A stretch of DNA of 64,000 bases, taken from assembly GCA_964606085.1 (NCBI GenBank), contig CAZSFD010000001.1, positions 199,795 through 263,794 of the forward strand, written 5' to 3'. Position numbers and translations under genes: made by a program. Positions 15,908 to 23,839 of the stretch are shown piece by piece; position 1 is the stretch's first letter; each line of letters begins with the position of its first letter. The DNA is from an uncultured Anaerolineaceae bacterium. Lineage in GTDB: Bacteria; Chloroflexota; Anaerolineae; Anaerolineales; UBA4823. Below the pieces are notes generated by a model. It was not told where the DNA came from and ran no database searches. It saw only the letters and a program-made list of their open reading frames with translations.

Positions 15908-15938
15908 GGCCGCTCGCCCCTGCTCGAGCGGCCTTTTT
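15908..15938 (+). terminator. Rho-independent terminator closing the CIS/FHA/kinase unit
   Basis: ggccgctcg (15908-15916) pairs with cgagcggcc (15925-15933), followed by ttttt. Confidence 0.7.
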
Positions 15939-16030
15939 ATATCCCGCAGAAACCCCGCCCACGGGGAGAACGAACGGCGAAAGAAATTCGCCCGGCTAAC
16001 TCTCCACTAACCCACCAGGGTTGTACAATG

Positions 16031-16082
16031 GAATTGAAAGTTGAAAGCCACCCCTGCCTTCAACGTTCAATCTTCAACCTTT
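16031..16082. repeat. TTGAAAG / CTTCAACC-type hairpin element in the uvrA-like leader
   Basis: attgaaagttgaaag...ccttcaacgttcaatcttcaacc form imperfect inverted arms. Same word family as 21809-21890, 40737-40780 and 51644-51710. Confidence 0.5.
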
Positions 16083-16095
16083 TCCCGGAGGCTTC

Positions 16096-18645
16096 ATGCA
16101 ATCTCAAATCGTCGTCCGTAACGCCCGCCTGCACAATCTCAAAAACATCACCCTGTCCATCCCCAAGAACCAGTTCGTCGTCTTCACCGGCCTGTCGGGG
16201 TCGGGTAAAAGCAGCCTGGCCTTCGACACGCTGCACCAGGAAAGCCAGCGCCAATTCATGGAATCGCTCGGCATGGTGACAGACGGCCTGAGCAAACCGC
16301 CGCTAGACTCTATCGAGGGCCTGGCGCCCTCAATCAGCGTGGATCAACACCTCACCAACCACAGCCCGCGCTCCACCGTCGGCACCGTGACGGAGGTGTA
16401 CACCTATTTGCGCGTGCTGTTCGCCCGCCTGGGGCACCGCCCCTGCCCGCAGTGCGGCGGTGACGTGCCGCCCTCAGCCGACGCGCCCGGCGAAACCTGG
16501 GACGACGGGGACGGCAACGACGAATCCACTTACCTCTGCCCGCACTGCGGCCATCCCATCCCCGAACTGGGCATGGCGCACTTCTCGTTCAACAAACCCG
16601 CCGGAGCCTGCCCAACCTGCACCGGCCTGGGCCAGGTGCTGACCGCCCGCGTCGAAACGCTGGTGGACTTGGAGCGCAGCATTCTCGATGGCGCGGTCTA
16701 TGGCTGGGATGCTTTTTTCGTCGCCCGCTACAAGGAAGCGCTGGTGGCCGCCGGCAAGCATTACGGCTTCGAGTTCGACCCGGCCTTGCCGGTCAAGGAA
16801 TACACCTCCATCCAGCGTGACCTGCTGTTCTACGGCGTCAACGGCGCGGCGTTCACCCGCCACTTCCCCGGCGTTAAGCCGCCCGACACGGTCGCGCGTG
16901 GTTCCTTCGAGGGCCTTGTCACCAATTTGCTGCGCCGCTATGCCAACCTGGAGGGCGAAACCAGCTATCGCGAGAAGATGGAACAGCAATTGATCTCGCA
17001 GACGTGTTCCGCTTGCGGCGGCACACGTCTGAAGGCCGAAAGCCGCGCCGTCACCATCCTGGGGCAAGACATCATCACTATCTCGCAACTGCCGCTCTCG
17101 GCGCTGCTCGAATGGGTGACGGCGTTGACGGACAACATCGCTGGCGAACTGGCGGCCATCGCCGCCCCCATCATCGCCGACCTGCGCGGGCGCATCGGGC
17201 GGCTGGTGGATGTGGGCGTGGGCTATCTCACCCTCGAACGTTCGTCGCCCACGCTTTCGATGGGCGAGGCGCAGCGGCTGCGGCTGGCCTCGCTGCTCGG
17301 TTCGGGCCTAACCGGCGTGCTGTACATCCTCGACGAACCCACCATCGGCCTGCACCCGCGCGACAACCAACGCCTGATCACTGTGCTGAAACAACTGCGC
17401 GACCTGGGCAACACCGTCCTGGTGATCGAACACGATCTCGATTTTTTACACGCCGCCGACTACGTGGTGGATTTCGGCCCTGGCGCTGGCAAAGACGGCG
17501 GGCGCGTGGTGGCGGCTGGCACGCCGGCTGAGATCGCCGCCGAGCCGGGTTCGCTGACCGGGCAATACCTTTCCGGCACACTGACCCTGCCCCAACCGCC
17601 GCGCCGCCCGCCGAATGGCAAAGCAATTGTCATCCGCGGGGCGCGCCAGCACAACCTGAAGAACATCACCGCCCGCATTCCGCTGGGGATGCTGGTGGCG
17701 ATCACGGGCGCTTCGGGGTCGGGCAAATCGTCGCTGCTGTTCGACATCTTCGATGCCGCCGCCCGCCAGCGCTTGCATGGGGCCAGCAGCCCTTCGACAG
17801 GCTCAGGGCGCGCACTGGCAGATTACGATTCCATCGAGGGCTGGCACTATCTCGACCGGGTGATCACCATTGACCAATCGGCCATCGGACGCTCGCCGCG
17901 CTCCAACGCCGCCACCTACACCGATGCCTTCACGGCCATGCGCGAGGCCTTCGCCGCCACCGCCGAGGCCAAACGCCGCGGCCTGACGGCGCGCCACTTC
18001 TCGTTCAACACGCCCGGCGGGCGCTGCGAACGCTGCGAGGGGGCGGGTATCCTCAACATCTCGATGCACTTCCTGCCCGATGTCCCCGTACGCTGCCCGG
18101 CCTGCCACGGGCGGCGCTTCAAGAAAGACGTGCTGGCGGTGAAATATAACGGCGTGGATGTGGCCGAAGCGCTCGAACTGACCATCGCCGAGGCGCTGCC
18201 GCACTTCGCCGACGTGCCGGGCGTGGTCTCCCGCTTGCAGGTGATGGCTGACGTGGGCCTGGGCTATTTGCAGCTTGGTCAGCCGGCCACCACGCTTTCG
18301 GGCGGCGAGGCGCAGCGCGTCAAACTGGCCAAGGAACTGGGGCGCAAATCAGGGGCAGATTCTCGCCGCCCAGGGCACACGCTCTACCTGCTCGACGAAC
18401 CCACCACCGGCCTGCACGTGGCCGACATCGCTCGCCTGCTGATCCTGCTGCAACGCCTGGTCGAGGCCGCTAACAGCGTCATCGTTATCGAACACAACCT
18501 GGAATTGATCCGCTCTGCCGATTGGGTGATCGATCTCGGCCCGGAAGGCGGCGCGGCGGGCGGCGAGATCGTGGCCGAAGGCACGCCCGAACAGGTGGCG
18601 CAGGTGGCTGCCTCGCATACCGGGCGTTTTTTGGCCGGGCAGTAA
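16096..18645 (+). CDS. uvrA: UvrA-family excinuclease ABC subunit A paralogue (short form, 849 aa)
   Basis: VRNARLHNLKNITLSIPKNQFVVFTGLSGSGKSSLAFDT. Zinc-finger Cys pairs (CPQCGG...CPHCG; CERCEGAG...CPACHG). Second Walker A (GASGSGKSSLLFD) and two LSGGE signatures. About 90 aa shorter than canonical UvrA. Confidence 0.9.
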   Translation: MQSQIVVRNARLHNLKNITLSIPKNQFVVFTGLSGSGKSSLAFDTLHQESQRQFMESLGMVTDGLSKPPLDSIEGLAPSISVDQHLTNHSPRSTVGTVTEVYTYLRVLFARLGHRPCPQCGGDVPPSADAPGETWDDGDGNDESTYLCPHCGHPIPELGMAHFSFNKPAGACPTCTGLGQVLTARVETLVDLERSILDGAVYGWDAFFVARYKEALVAAGKHYGFEFDPALPVKEYTSIQRDLLFYGVNGAAFTRHFPGVKPPDTVARGSFEGLVTNLLRRYANLEGETSYREKMEQQLISQTCSACGGTRLKAESRAVTILGQDIITISQLPLSALLEWVTALTDNIAGELAAIAAPIIADLRGRIGRLVDVGVGYLTLERSSPTLSMGEAQRLRLASLLGSGLTGVLYILDEPTIGLHPRDNQRLITVLKQLRDLGNTVLVIEHDLDFLHAADYVVDFGPGAGKDGGRVVAAGTPAEIAAEPGSLTGQYLSGTLTLPQPPRRPPNGKAIVIRGARQHNLKNITARIPLGMLVAITGASGSGKSSLLFDIFDAAARQRLHGASSPSTGSGRALADYDSIEGWHYLDRVITIDQSAIGRSPRSNAATYTDAFTAMREAFAATAEAKRRGLTARHFSFNTPGGRCERCEGAGILNISMHFLPDVPVRCPACHGRRFKKDVLAVKYNGVDVAEALELTIAEALPHFADVPGVVSRLQVMADVGLGYLQLGQPATTLSGGEAQRVKLAKELGRKSGADSRRPGHTLYLLDEPTTGLHVADIARLLILLQRLVEAANSVIVIEHNLELIRSADWVIDLGPEGGAAGGEIVAEGTPEQVAQVAASHTGRFLAGQ

Positions 18646-18651
18646 TGGTGG

Positions 18652-18685
18652 CAAAAAAAAGCGGCGCACCCTGGGGGTGCGCCGC
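18652..18685 (-). terminator. Rho-independent terminator for the minus-strand HEAT/USP/Cys-rich operon
   Basis: On the minus strand gcggcgcaccc-ccag-ggtgcgccgc is followed by tttttttt (plus-strand A-run 18653-18660). Confidence 0.65.
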
Positions 18686-18695
18686 ACACATTCGG

Positions 18696-18884
18696 CTAAC
18701 CTTCTATTCCTGGCATCTGCGTGCTGCGCCGATCATCTTCCCATTCGGCTTGCAGTCCGCAGGTACATGAGCGGCCTTCGGCGCAATCGGTGCAGCAAAA
18801 ATGGCGCTGCTCCACAATCACCGGCAACCAGCCAATTTCAGCGCCACAGCCATCGCAAAAAATGGTTTGGGTGTGATCGAACAT
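18696..18884 (-). CDS. Small cysteine-rich (putative metal-binding) protein
   Basis: 62 aa with AAGGAG RBS. CDGCG...HFCCTDCAEGRSCTCG gives eight Cys in metallothionein/TRASH-like spacing. Family not firmly recognised. Confidence 0.45.
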   Translation of the reverse strand: MFDHTQTIFCDGCGAEIGWLPVIVEQRHFCCTDCAEGRSCTCGLQAEWEDDRRSTQMPGIEG

Positions 18885-18897
18885 AGCAAACTCCTTT

Positions 18898-18935
18898 GGT
18901 TTCGACAGGCTTTAGGTTTCGACAGGCTCAACCGG
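18898..18935. repeat. Two direct half-copies of the GGTTTCGACAGGCT(CAACC) repeat
   Basis: ggtttcgacaggc at 18898-18910 and ggtttcgacaggctcaacc at 18915-18933. Same word as the inverted repeat at 35598-35649. Confidence 0.6.
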
Positions 18936-18944
18936 CGCAGCCCC

Positions 18945-19847
18945 TTACTTGACCAACAGCCCCGAACACCCGGCATAATGGATCAACTTGCGCGACACGC
19001 TGCCCACCAGCCAGGCGCGCACCTCGCTCAACCCACGCGACCCCGCCACAAACAGGTCAATCTGGTTTTGCTGGATGTATTCGATGATCTGCGTGGCGGC
19101 GTCGCCGGTGGAAAGGACGCTGACAGCCTTCAAGCCGGCCGCTTCCAGGTAACGCACGGTGCTATCGAGCAGCGCCGTGCCTTCGTTTTCCTGTTCGATG
19201 CGCATCGCCTCGATGGCTGCTTCGTCTTCCGGCGTGATCGGCGGCAGCGTTTCGGCCAGGATCGGCCAGTAATGCTCCGTGGCGGTCAGGCGTGGCGGCG
19301 GCGGAAGGACGTGCATGGCGTGAATGGTCACTTCGCCCGGCCAGGGAAACTGCGTGACGTATTCGGCGGCCTTCCGGCTGTTGGCCGAGCCATCGGTTAC
19401 CAACAGCACATGGCGCAACCCGCGGTAGGGCGCTCGCACCACCAAAACTGGGCTGCTGGCATATTCCACCACCTGCTGCGCCACGCCGCCCAGCAAAATG
19501 CCCAGGGTGGCCCGCAGCCCTTTGGCGCCCACCACGATCAGGTCAGAGCAATTTTCGGCAGCATAGCGTGTGATTTCTGCCGCGGGGTTGCCATGCAGCA
19601 GGCCCGTTTTGCATGCAATCCCCTTTTCTTCAAAGAGATACTGCGTGCTTTCCAGGATTTTCACCAACGATACCCCCTGGTGTTGCCGGCGCACATCTTC
19701 TACCGCGACGGCGGTTACGCCGCTTTCGGGGGCGTGGAACTGCATGATGGCTAGATCACACAGCAGGTGAATGGCCGCCAGCGAATGTTCTGACCCATCC
19801 ACCGCCAACAAGAACTGCATCGGCTTGTTGATCTTTTCAGCGCACAT
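18945..19847 (-). CDS. Tandem universal stress protein (UspA) domain protein
   Basis: Two Usp units (MQFLLAVDGSEHSLAA...; VLLVTDGSANSRKAAE...GSRGLSEVRAWLVGSVSRKLIHYAGCSGLLV). True start may be the MQFLL codon at 19820. Confidence 0.8.
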   Translation of the reverse strand: MCAEKINKPMQFLLAVDGSEHSLAAIHLLCDLAIMQFHAPESGVTAVAVEDVRRQHQGVSLVKILESTQYLFEEKGIACKTGLLHGNPAAEITRYAAENCSDLIVVGAKGLRATLGILLGGVAQQVVEYASSPVLVVRAPYRGLRHVLLVTDGSANSRKAAEYVTQFPWPGEVTIHAMHVLPPPPRLTATEHYWPILAETLPPITPEDEAAIEAMRIEQENEGTALLDSTVRYLEAAGLKAVSVLSTGDAATQIIEYIQQNQIDLFVAGSRGLSEVRAWLVGSVSRKLIHYAGCSGLLVK

Positions 19848-20859
19848 GACTCACCTCCTTGTCCTGCATCTGCTTGCCCCATTCGGCTTGCATCTGCTGG
19901 GCAATCGAAGCGACAACCGTGCTGGAAGTCGGGTCTTGCAGGGCCGCCAGAAGGGGGTGCAGCGTGTTGCGCACCGCTTGCGCTTCGATGGCATTGAACG
20001 CATGGCCGACCGCCTGTAAGGTGGGCTGTGTCAGACCGGGGCGGCTGAGCAATTGCAACAGCCCCGCCACGCAGTCAGCGCCCAGGCAGGCCAGGGCTTC
20101 CGCGCTGGCGAAACGGATCACGCGACTTTCATGGAACAGGCCCTCCTGGGCCACCTCCACACCGCGCAGATCGCCCATTTCAACCAGCGCCCGGGCGGCA
20201 TGCCAGCGCACGTGCGCATCAGCATGGCTGAGCGCCTCGATCAGCGCCGGGCGAATGCTGCCCGCCACCTTGCGCACCGCCTGACCGGCCTCCTGGTGCA
20301 GGGCGCCGCGCCCACGCCCCAGGGCCCAGATCAACAACGGGCCGCAGCGCTGATCGTCAATGACTGTCAGGGCACGGACCGCTCGCACCTGCCAGGTTTC
20401 ATCGCCCTGTTCAAGCGTCTCTTGCAGGGCCGAAATGGCTGCGGGATTGGCGCGCAAGCCCAGTAAACACGAGGCGGCGTAACGCACCGCAGCGCTCTGG
20501 TGCCCCAGGCAGGCTTGCAGGGCGGCCAGTTTCATCTCGCCTTCGGCCAGGCTATGGTCTTGCGTAAACACCTGGCGAATCGACTCATCCAACCGATAGG
20601 CCGCCTCCACATCCATCAGGCGCAGGTCGGGCGGCCCCGCTTGCCAGCAATGCTCGCCCATGCAGCGAACCACCCCCTGCCACACCACCGGGTCGGTACA
20701 CTCGTGCAAAGCCGCCTGCATGATCTTGCGCAAATAGGGGTTGGCCGAACTGAGATATTGAATGGCCTCGTGCATCGCCTGGCGTTCCCCCCGGGCCGCC
20801 CGTCCGAGCAGTGCCAACTCGGCGGTGTAATGGGTTGTCTGTGTATTGCTCATCAACAT
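19837..20859 (-). CDS. HEAT/PBS-lyase-repeat protein
   Basis: Repeated alpha-helical units with the HEAT-like signature (SAAVRYAASCLLGL, WQVRAVRALTVIDD, DAHVRWHAARALVEMGD, SRVIRFASAEALACLG). Confidence 0.7.
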   Translation of the reverse strand: MLMSNTQTTHYTAELALLGRAARGERQAMHEAIQYLSSANPYLRKIMQAALHECTDPVVWQGVVRCMGEHCWQAGPPDLRLMDVEAAYRLDESIRQVFTQDHSLAEGEMKLAALQACLGHQSAAVRYAASCLLGLRANPAAISALQETLEQGDETWQVRAVRALTVIDDQRCGPLLIWALGRGRGALHQEAGQAVRKVAGSIRPALIEALSHADAHVRWHAARALVEMGDLRGVEVAQEGLFHESRVIRFASAEALACLGADCVAGLLQLLSRPGLTQPTLQAVGHAFNAIEAQAVRNTLHPLLAALQDPTSSTVVASIAQQMQAEWGKQMQDKEVSHVR

Positions 20860-21022
20860 GGCACCACCATCCTTTCGCGTGTCTACGAACTTGGAGCCGA
20901 TCCATCGGATGACGTATACACTCTCTATTTATACAGTACAAAAAAACACCCCGCGAGTCAACCACCAACATCGCGAAGGTGTGTAGCGTTCCTTTCCCCC
21001 AGGTATGGCCTGCTAGCGCCTA

Positions 21023-21214
21023 TCAGCAATCACATGACTTCTGGTACAAACTTACCAGCAACTTTCGGTAACGCTCTTCAGATTTTAGCAGCGCCCACAG
21101 CAAAATGAAGGTCAGAGCCAGGACAAAGAAAATCGAACTCTGGTTGGCGATAGATTGATAAAAAAAGTAACCATGCTGGCCGGCTTGTTGAAATGTGTTC
21201 TGATCGTTTAGCAT
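21023..21214 (-). CDS. Possible small membrane protein (weak call)
   Basis: 63-aa ORF in an AT-rich gap with one hydrophobic helix (IFFVLALTFILLWALL). No recognisable family. Confidence 0.25.
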   Translation of the reverse strand: MLNDQNTFQQAGQHGYFFYQSIANQSSIFFVLALTFILLWALLKSEERYRKLLVSLYQKSCDC

Positions 21215-21325
21215 CTCTATTCATCCTGATAATGGTTGTGGTCAATATAAGCGCTGAATATGATACCAGATCAGTAACGCTTTTGATTGCGTGTAAAATA
21301 GAACCACCACAAATAGGAGGTAGCC

Positions 21326-21793
21326 ATGTCCGACCAACCATCTTTCGATCATGCCGTTGTTCACAAATACTTTTCAGCCAATTGTTTTAACCAGGCCTGG
21401 GATTTAATGGAAAAAACCGACCGCACGCCCGATGAAGACGAGCGAATGCTGCGCCTTTCAATGGCATCCCTATGGCACTGGACACAGCGCTTCGATTGCA
21501 CCCCCGAAAACCTGTCCGTTGGCTATTGGCAGTTATCGCGTATTTACGTTTTGTTGCGCCAGCCCGACAATGCCCGACATTATGCCCGGCTCTGCCTGCA
21601 AGTCAGCCAGGCCGATGGAGCGCCGCTGTATTGCCTGGGCTTTGCTTATGAGGCCCTGGCCCGCACTGAAATGTCTGCTGGTGACCGCTTTGAAATGCAA
21701 TCTCACTTACAAAAAGCCCTGCAAATCGCCGAACGCATCACCGACGCAGAAGAAAAACAAATGCTGCTCGACGACCTAAAAACTATCGGTTGA
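21326..21793 (+). CDS. Conserved hypothetical helical protein
   Basis: 155 aa with AGGAGG RBS 6 nt upstream. All-helical, TPR-like composition. No family recognised. Confidence 0.6.
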   Translation: MSDQPSFDHAVVHKYFSANCFNQAWDLMEKTDRTPDEDERMLRLSMASLWHWTQRFDCTPENLSVGYWQLSRIYVLLRQPDNARHYARLCLQVSQADGAPLYCLGFAYEALARTEMSAGDRFEMQSHLQKALQIAERITDAEEKQMLLDDLKTIG

Positions 21794-21808
21794 AGGATGC
21801 GGGGAGCA

Positions 21809-21890
21809 GGTCACAAGTCAAAGGTCAAAGGTCAATCATAACGACTTTCGACCTGCGATTTTCGACCTGCAACCTTCACCCTTCACCCCA
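21809..21890. repeat. GTCAAAGG / TTTCGACCTGC hairpin plus CCTTCACC leader repeat
   Basis: aggtcacaagtcaaaggtcaaaggtca ... gactttcgacctgcgattttcgacctgc (imperfect inverted arms), then aaccttcacccttcacccc 12 nt before the ATG at 21902. Confidence 0.5.
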
Positions 21891-21901
21891 AGGAACTCCC
21901 C

Positions 21902-22864
21902 ATGAACACCCTCTCGATTGGCAAAATCCGTGGCCTGCAGCAGTGCAGTACCGCCCGCGCCACCCTCACCACCCTGGCGCTCGACCATCGCCAGAACTTG
22001 CGCAAATCGCTCAACCCGCAGTCGCCCGAAAGCGTCACCGAGGCCGAACTGACCGGCTTCAAGGTGCAGGTGGCCGCGGCCCTGGGGTGCGCGGCTACCT
22101 CGGTGCTGATTGACCCCGAATTTGGCGCGGCGCAGGCGGTGGCCGCCGGGGCCATCCCGCACAGCGCCGGGCTGGTGGTGGCCGTCGAAGCCAGCGGCTA
22201 TACCGGCGACCCTGCCGCCCGCCAGAGCCGCGTGCTGCCGGGCTGGAGCGTGGCAAAAGTGCGGCGCATGGGCGCCAGCATGGTCAAACTGCTGGTCTAC
22301 TATCACCCCGATGCCCCCACCGCCGCTGAGATCGAAGCCTTCGTGCGCCAGGTGGCTGCCGATTGCACCGCCCACGACATCCCCCTGATGCTCGAACCGC
22401 TCTCCTACCCGCTCGACCCGGCGCAAAAATCGCTCGCCTCTGACGAGAAGCGCTACGCCGTCATCGAAACCGCCCGCCGCCTGACGCCGCTCGGCGTGGA
22501 GGTGCTGAAGGCGGAGTTCCCGCTCGCCAGCGACGCCCCCGCCAGCGAGTGGGCCGCCGCCTGCCGCGACCTCAACACCGCCAGCGTTGCCCCCTGGATT
22601 CTGCTCTCCGCCGCCGTAGATTTCGAGACCTACCTGCGCCAGGTGACAACCGCCTGCCAGGAAGGGGCTTCGGGCATTGCCGTGGGCCGTGCGGTGTGGA
22701 AGGAAGCGGTCAGCTTGCAGGGAGATGCCCGCGCCGCCTTCCTGCGCGACGTGGCCTACCCCCGCCTCGAACGCCTGACCGCCCTGTGCCAGGCCCTGGC
22801 CCGCCCGTGGACGGACTTTTTCGCCGCGCCAGAACTCACGACGGAATGGTATGCGAATTATTAG
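21902..22864 (+). CDS. Class I aldolase of the tagatose-1,6-bisphosphate (LacD/YihT-like) family
   Basis: GKIRGLQQCSTARATLTTLALDHRQNLRKSLNP..., SVLIDPEFGA, KLLVYYHPD, PLMLEPLSY and VLKAEFP match the LacD-family layout. Confidence 0.7.
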   Translation: MNTLSIGKIRGLQQCSTARATLTTLALDHRQNLRKSLNPQSPESVTEAELTGFKVQVAAALGCAATSVLIDPEFGAAQAVAAGAIPHSAGLVVAVEASGYTGDPAARQSRVLPGWSVAKVRRMGASMVKLLVYYHPDAPTAAEIEAFVRQVAADCTAHDIPLMLEPLSYPLDPAQKSLASDEKRYAVIETARRLTPLGVEVLKAEFPLASDAPASEWAAACRDLNTASVAPWILLSAAVDFETYLRQVTTACQEGASGIAVGRAVWKEAVSLQGDARAAFLRDVAYPRLERLTALCQALARPWTDFFAAPELTTEWYANY

Positions 22865-23750
22865 TTTATTCACCAAAAAGGTCACGAAGGTACACGACGG
22901 TTTAAAGAAATTCCTTTGCGGCCCTTTGTGTCCTTTGTGGTTGATTTTCCTTATCACCGCCTGCCAGCCTGTCGCATCTGCTGCGCCCGCCTCGCCCACG
23001 CCCGGCCTCACCGTCAGCGCGACGCCCCTCTCTGCAACCGAAACACCCGCACCCACCGCTACAACAACACCCACCGCCACAGACCTCCCAACCAGCGCTA
23101 CGCCCATCCCGCCAACGGTGACCCATACGCCATCCCCCACCCCGCGCGGCGCGCTCACCTGGGAGCAGGAACGCCTGCTCTACGAAGCCTCGCAGCGCTA
23201 CCTGGCCGAAACCACCGACAAAGCCAACGAAATCATCCACCAGCAAATAGACTACCTGCCCGGCAACGTCGAAGATGCCTCGCTGGTGTGCGGCCCGCTT
23301 TCGGCCATTTTGCTGCGCGAGGCTGGCGTGCTGCCCGCTGACACCGACCTACACGCCTTCTGGCTGCTCGACCCCGCAATCAACCAGCCCACCCTGCAAA
23401 CCTACTTCCCCCAAGAGCGCTTCGCCTGGTACCACTTCGATACGCCCATGCACGAGTTCGATTTTGCCGCCTTCCCCCTGCTGCCCGGCGATTTTCTCTA
23501 TCTCTACCCCGGCCGCAATGGCACGTTTGAACACATGATCACGGTGACGAAAGTGGATGAAGCAGGCCGCGCTTACACGGTGAGCAATCTCAACACCACC
23601 GCGGGCTTCGTCATTCGCGAGCTGATGCTCTACGACCCGGCCCAGCCCGGCGTCGGCCAAATCTACGATTGGGCCAATATCGAGTTGAACAAATGGCTCG
23701 GCCTCACCGGCGGCGCTGGTTTTGACCTATGGCGGCTCACAAATCCGTAA
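22851..23750 (+). CDS. Putative lipoprotein with Thr/Pro linker, function unknown
   Basis: Lipobox-like LWLIFLITAC, then APASPTPGLTVSATPLSATETPAPTATTTPTATDLPTSATPIPPTVTHTPSPTP. Globular C-terminus without a recognised family. Start uncertain. Confidence 0.5.
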   Translation: MRIISLFTKKVTKVHDGLKKFLCGPLCPLWLIFLITACQPVASAAPASPTPGLTVSATPLSATETPAPTATTTPTATDLPTSATPIPPTVTHTPSPTPRGALTWEQERLLYEASQRYLAETTDKANEIIHQQIDYLPGNVEDASLVCGPLSAILLREAGVLPADTDLHAFWLLDPAINQPTLQTYFPQERFAWYHFDTPMHEFDFAAFPLLPGDFLYLYPGRNGTFEHMITVTKVDEAGRAYTVSNLNTTAGFVIRELMLYDPAQPGVGQIYDWANIELNKWLGLTGGAGFDLWRLTNP

Positions 23751-23754
23751 ACGA

Positions 23755-23820
23755 AACAGGATGTACAGAATATGCAGGATAAAATTCAACATCCATCCTG
23801 TCTATCCTGTACATCCTGTT
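23755..23820. repeat. CAGGATGTACAG inverted repeat (probable terminator or REP-like element)
   Basis: aacaggatgtacagaata (23755-23772) pairs with tatcctgtacatcctgtt (23803-23820), 16 of 18 matched. Inner caggat/atcctg pair, followed by an AT-run. Confidence 0.55.
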
Positions 23821-23839
23821 AAATTTTTAAAGGATTCCC

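Noticed and set aside
17791-17810. cttcgacaggctcaggg inside the uvrA-like gene (peptide PSTGSG), similar to the TCGACAGGCTCAACC repeat
   Set aside because: There is only a single partial half-site with no partner arm. It cannot be distinguished from chance similarity without an orthologue alignment.
18801-19754. 317-aa plus-strand ORF
   Set aside because: It is antisense to the tandem USP gene and has no motifs.
21836-23158. 440-aa minus-strand ORF
   Set aside because: It is antisense to the aldolase and lipoprotein genes, with Gly/Arg/Ala-rich composition.
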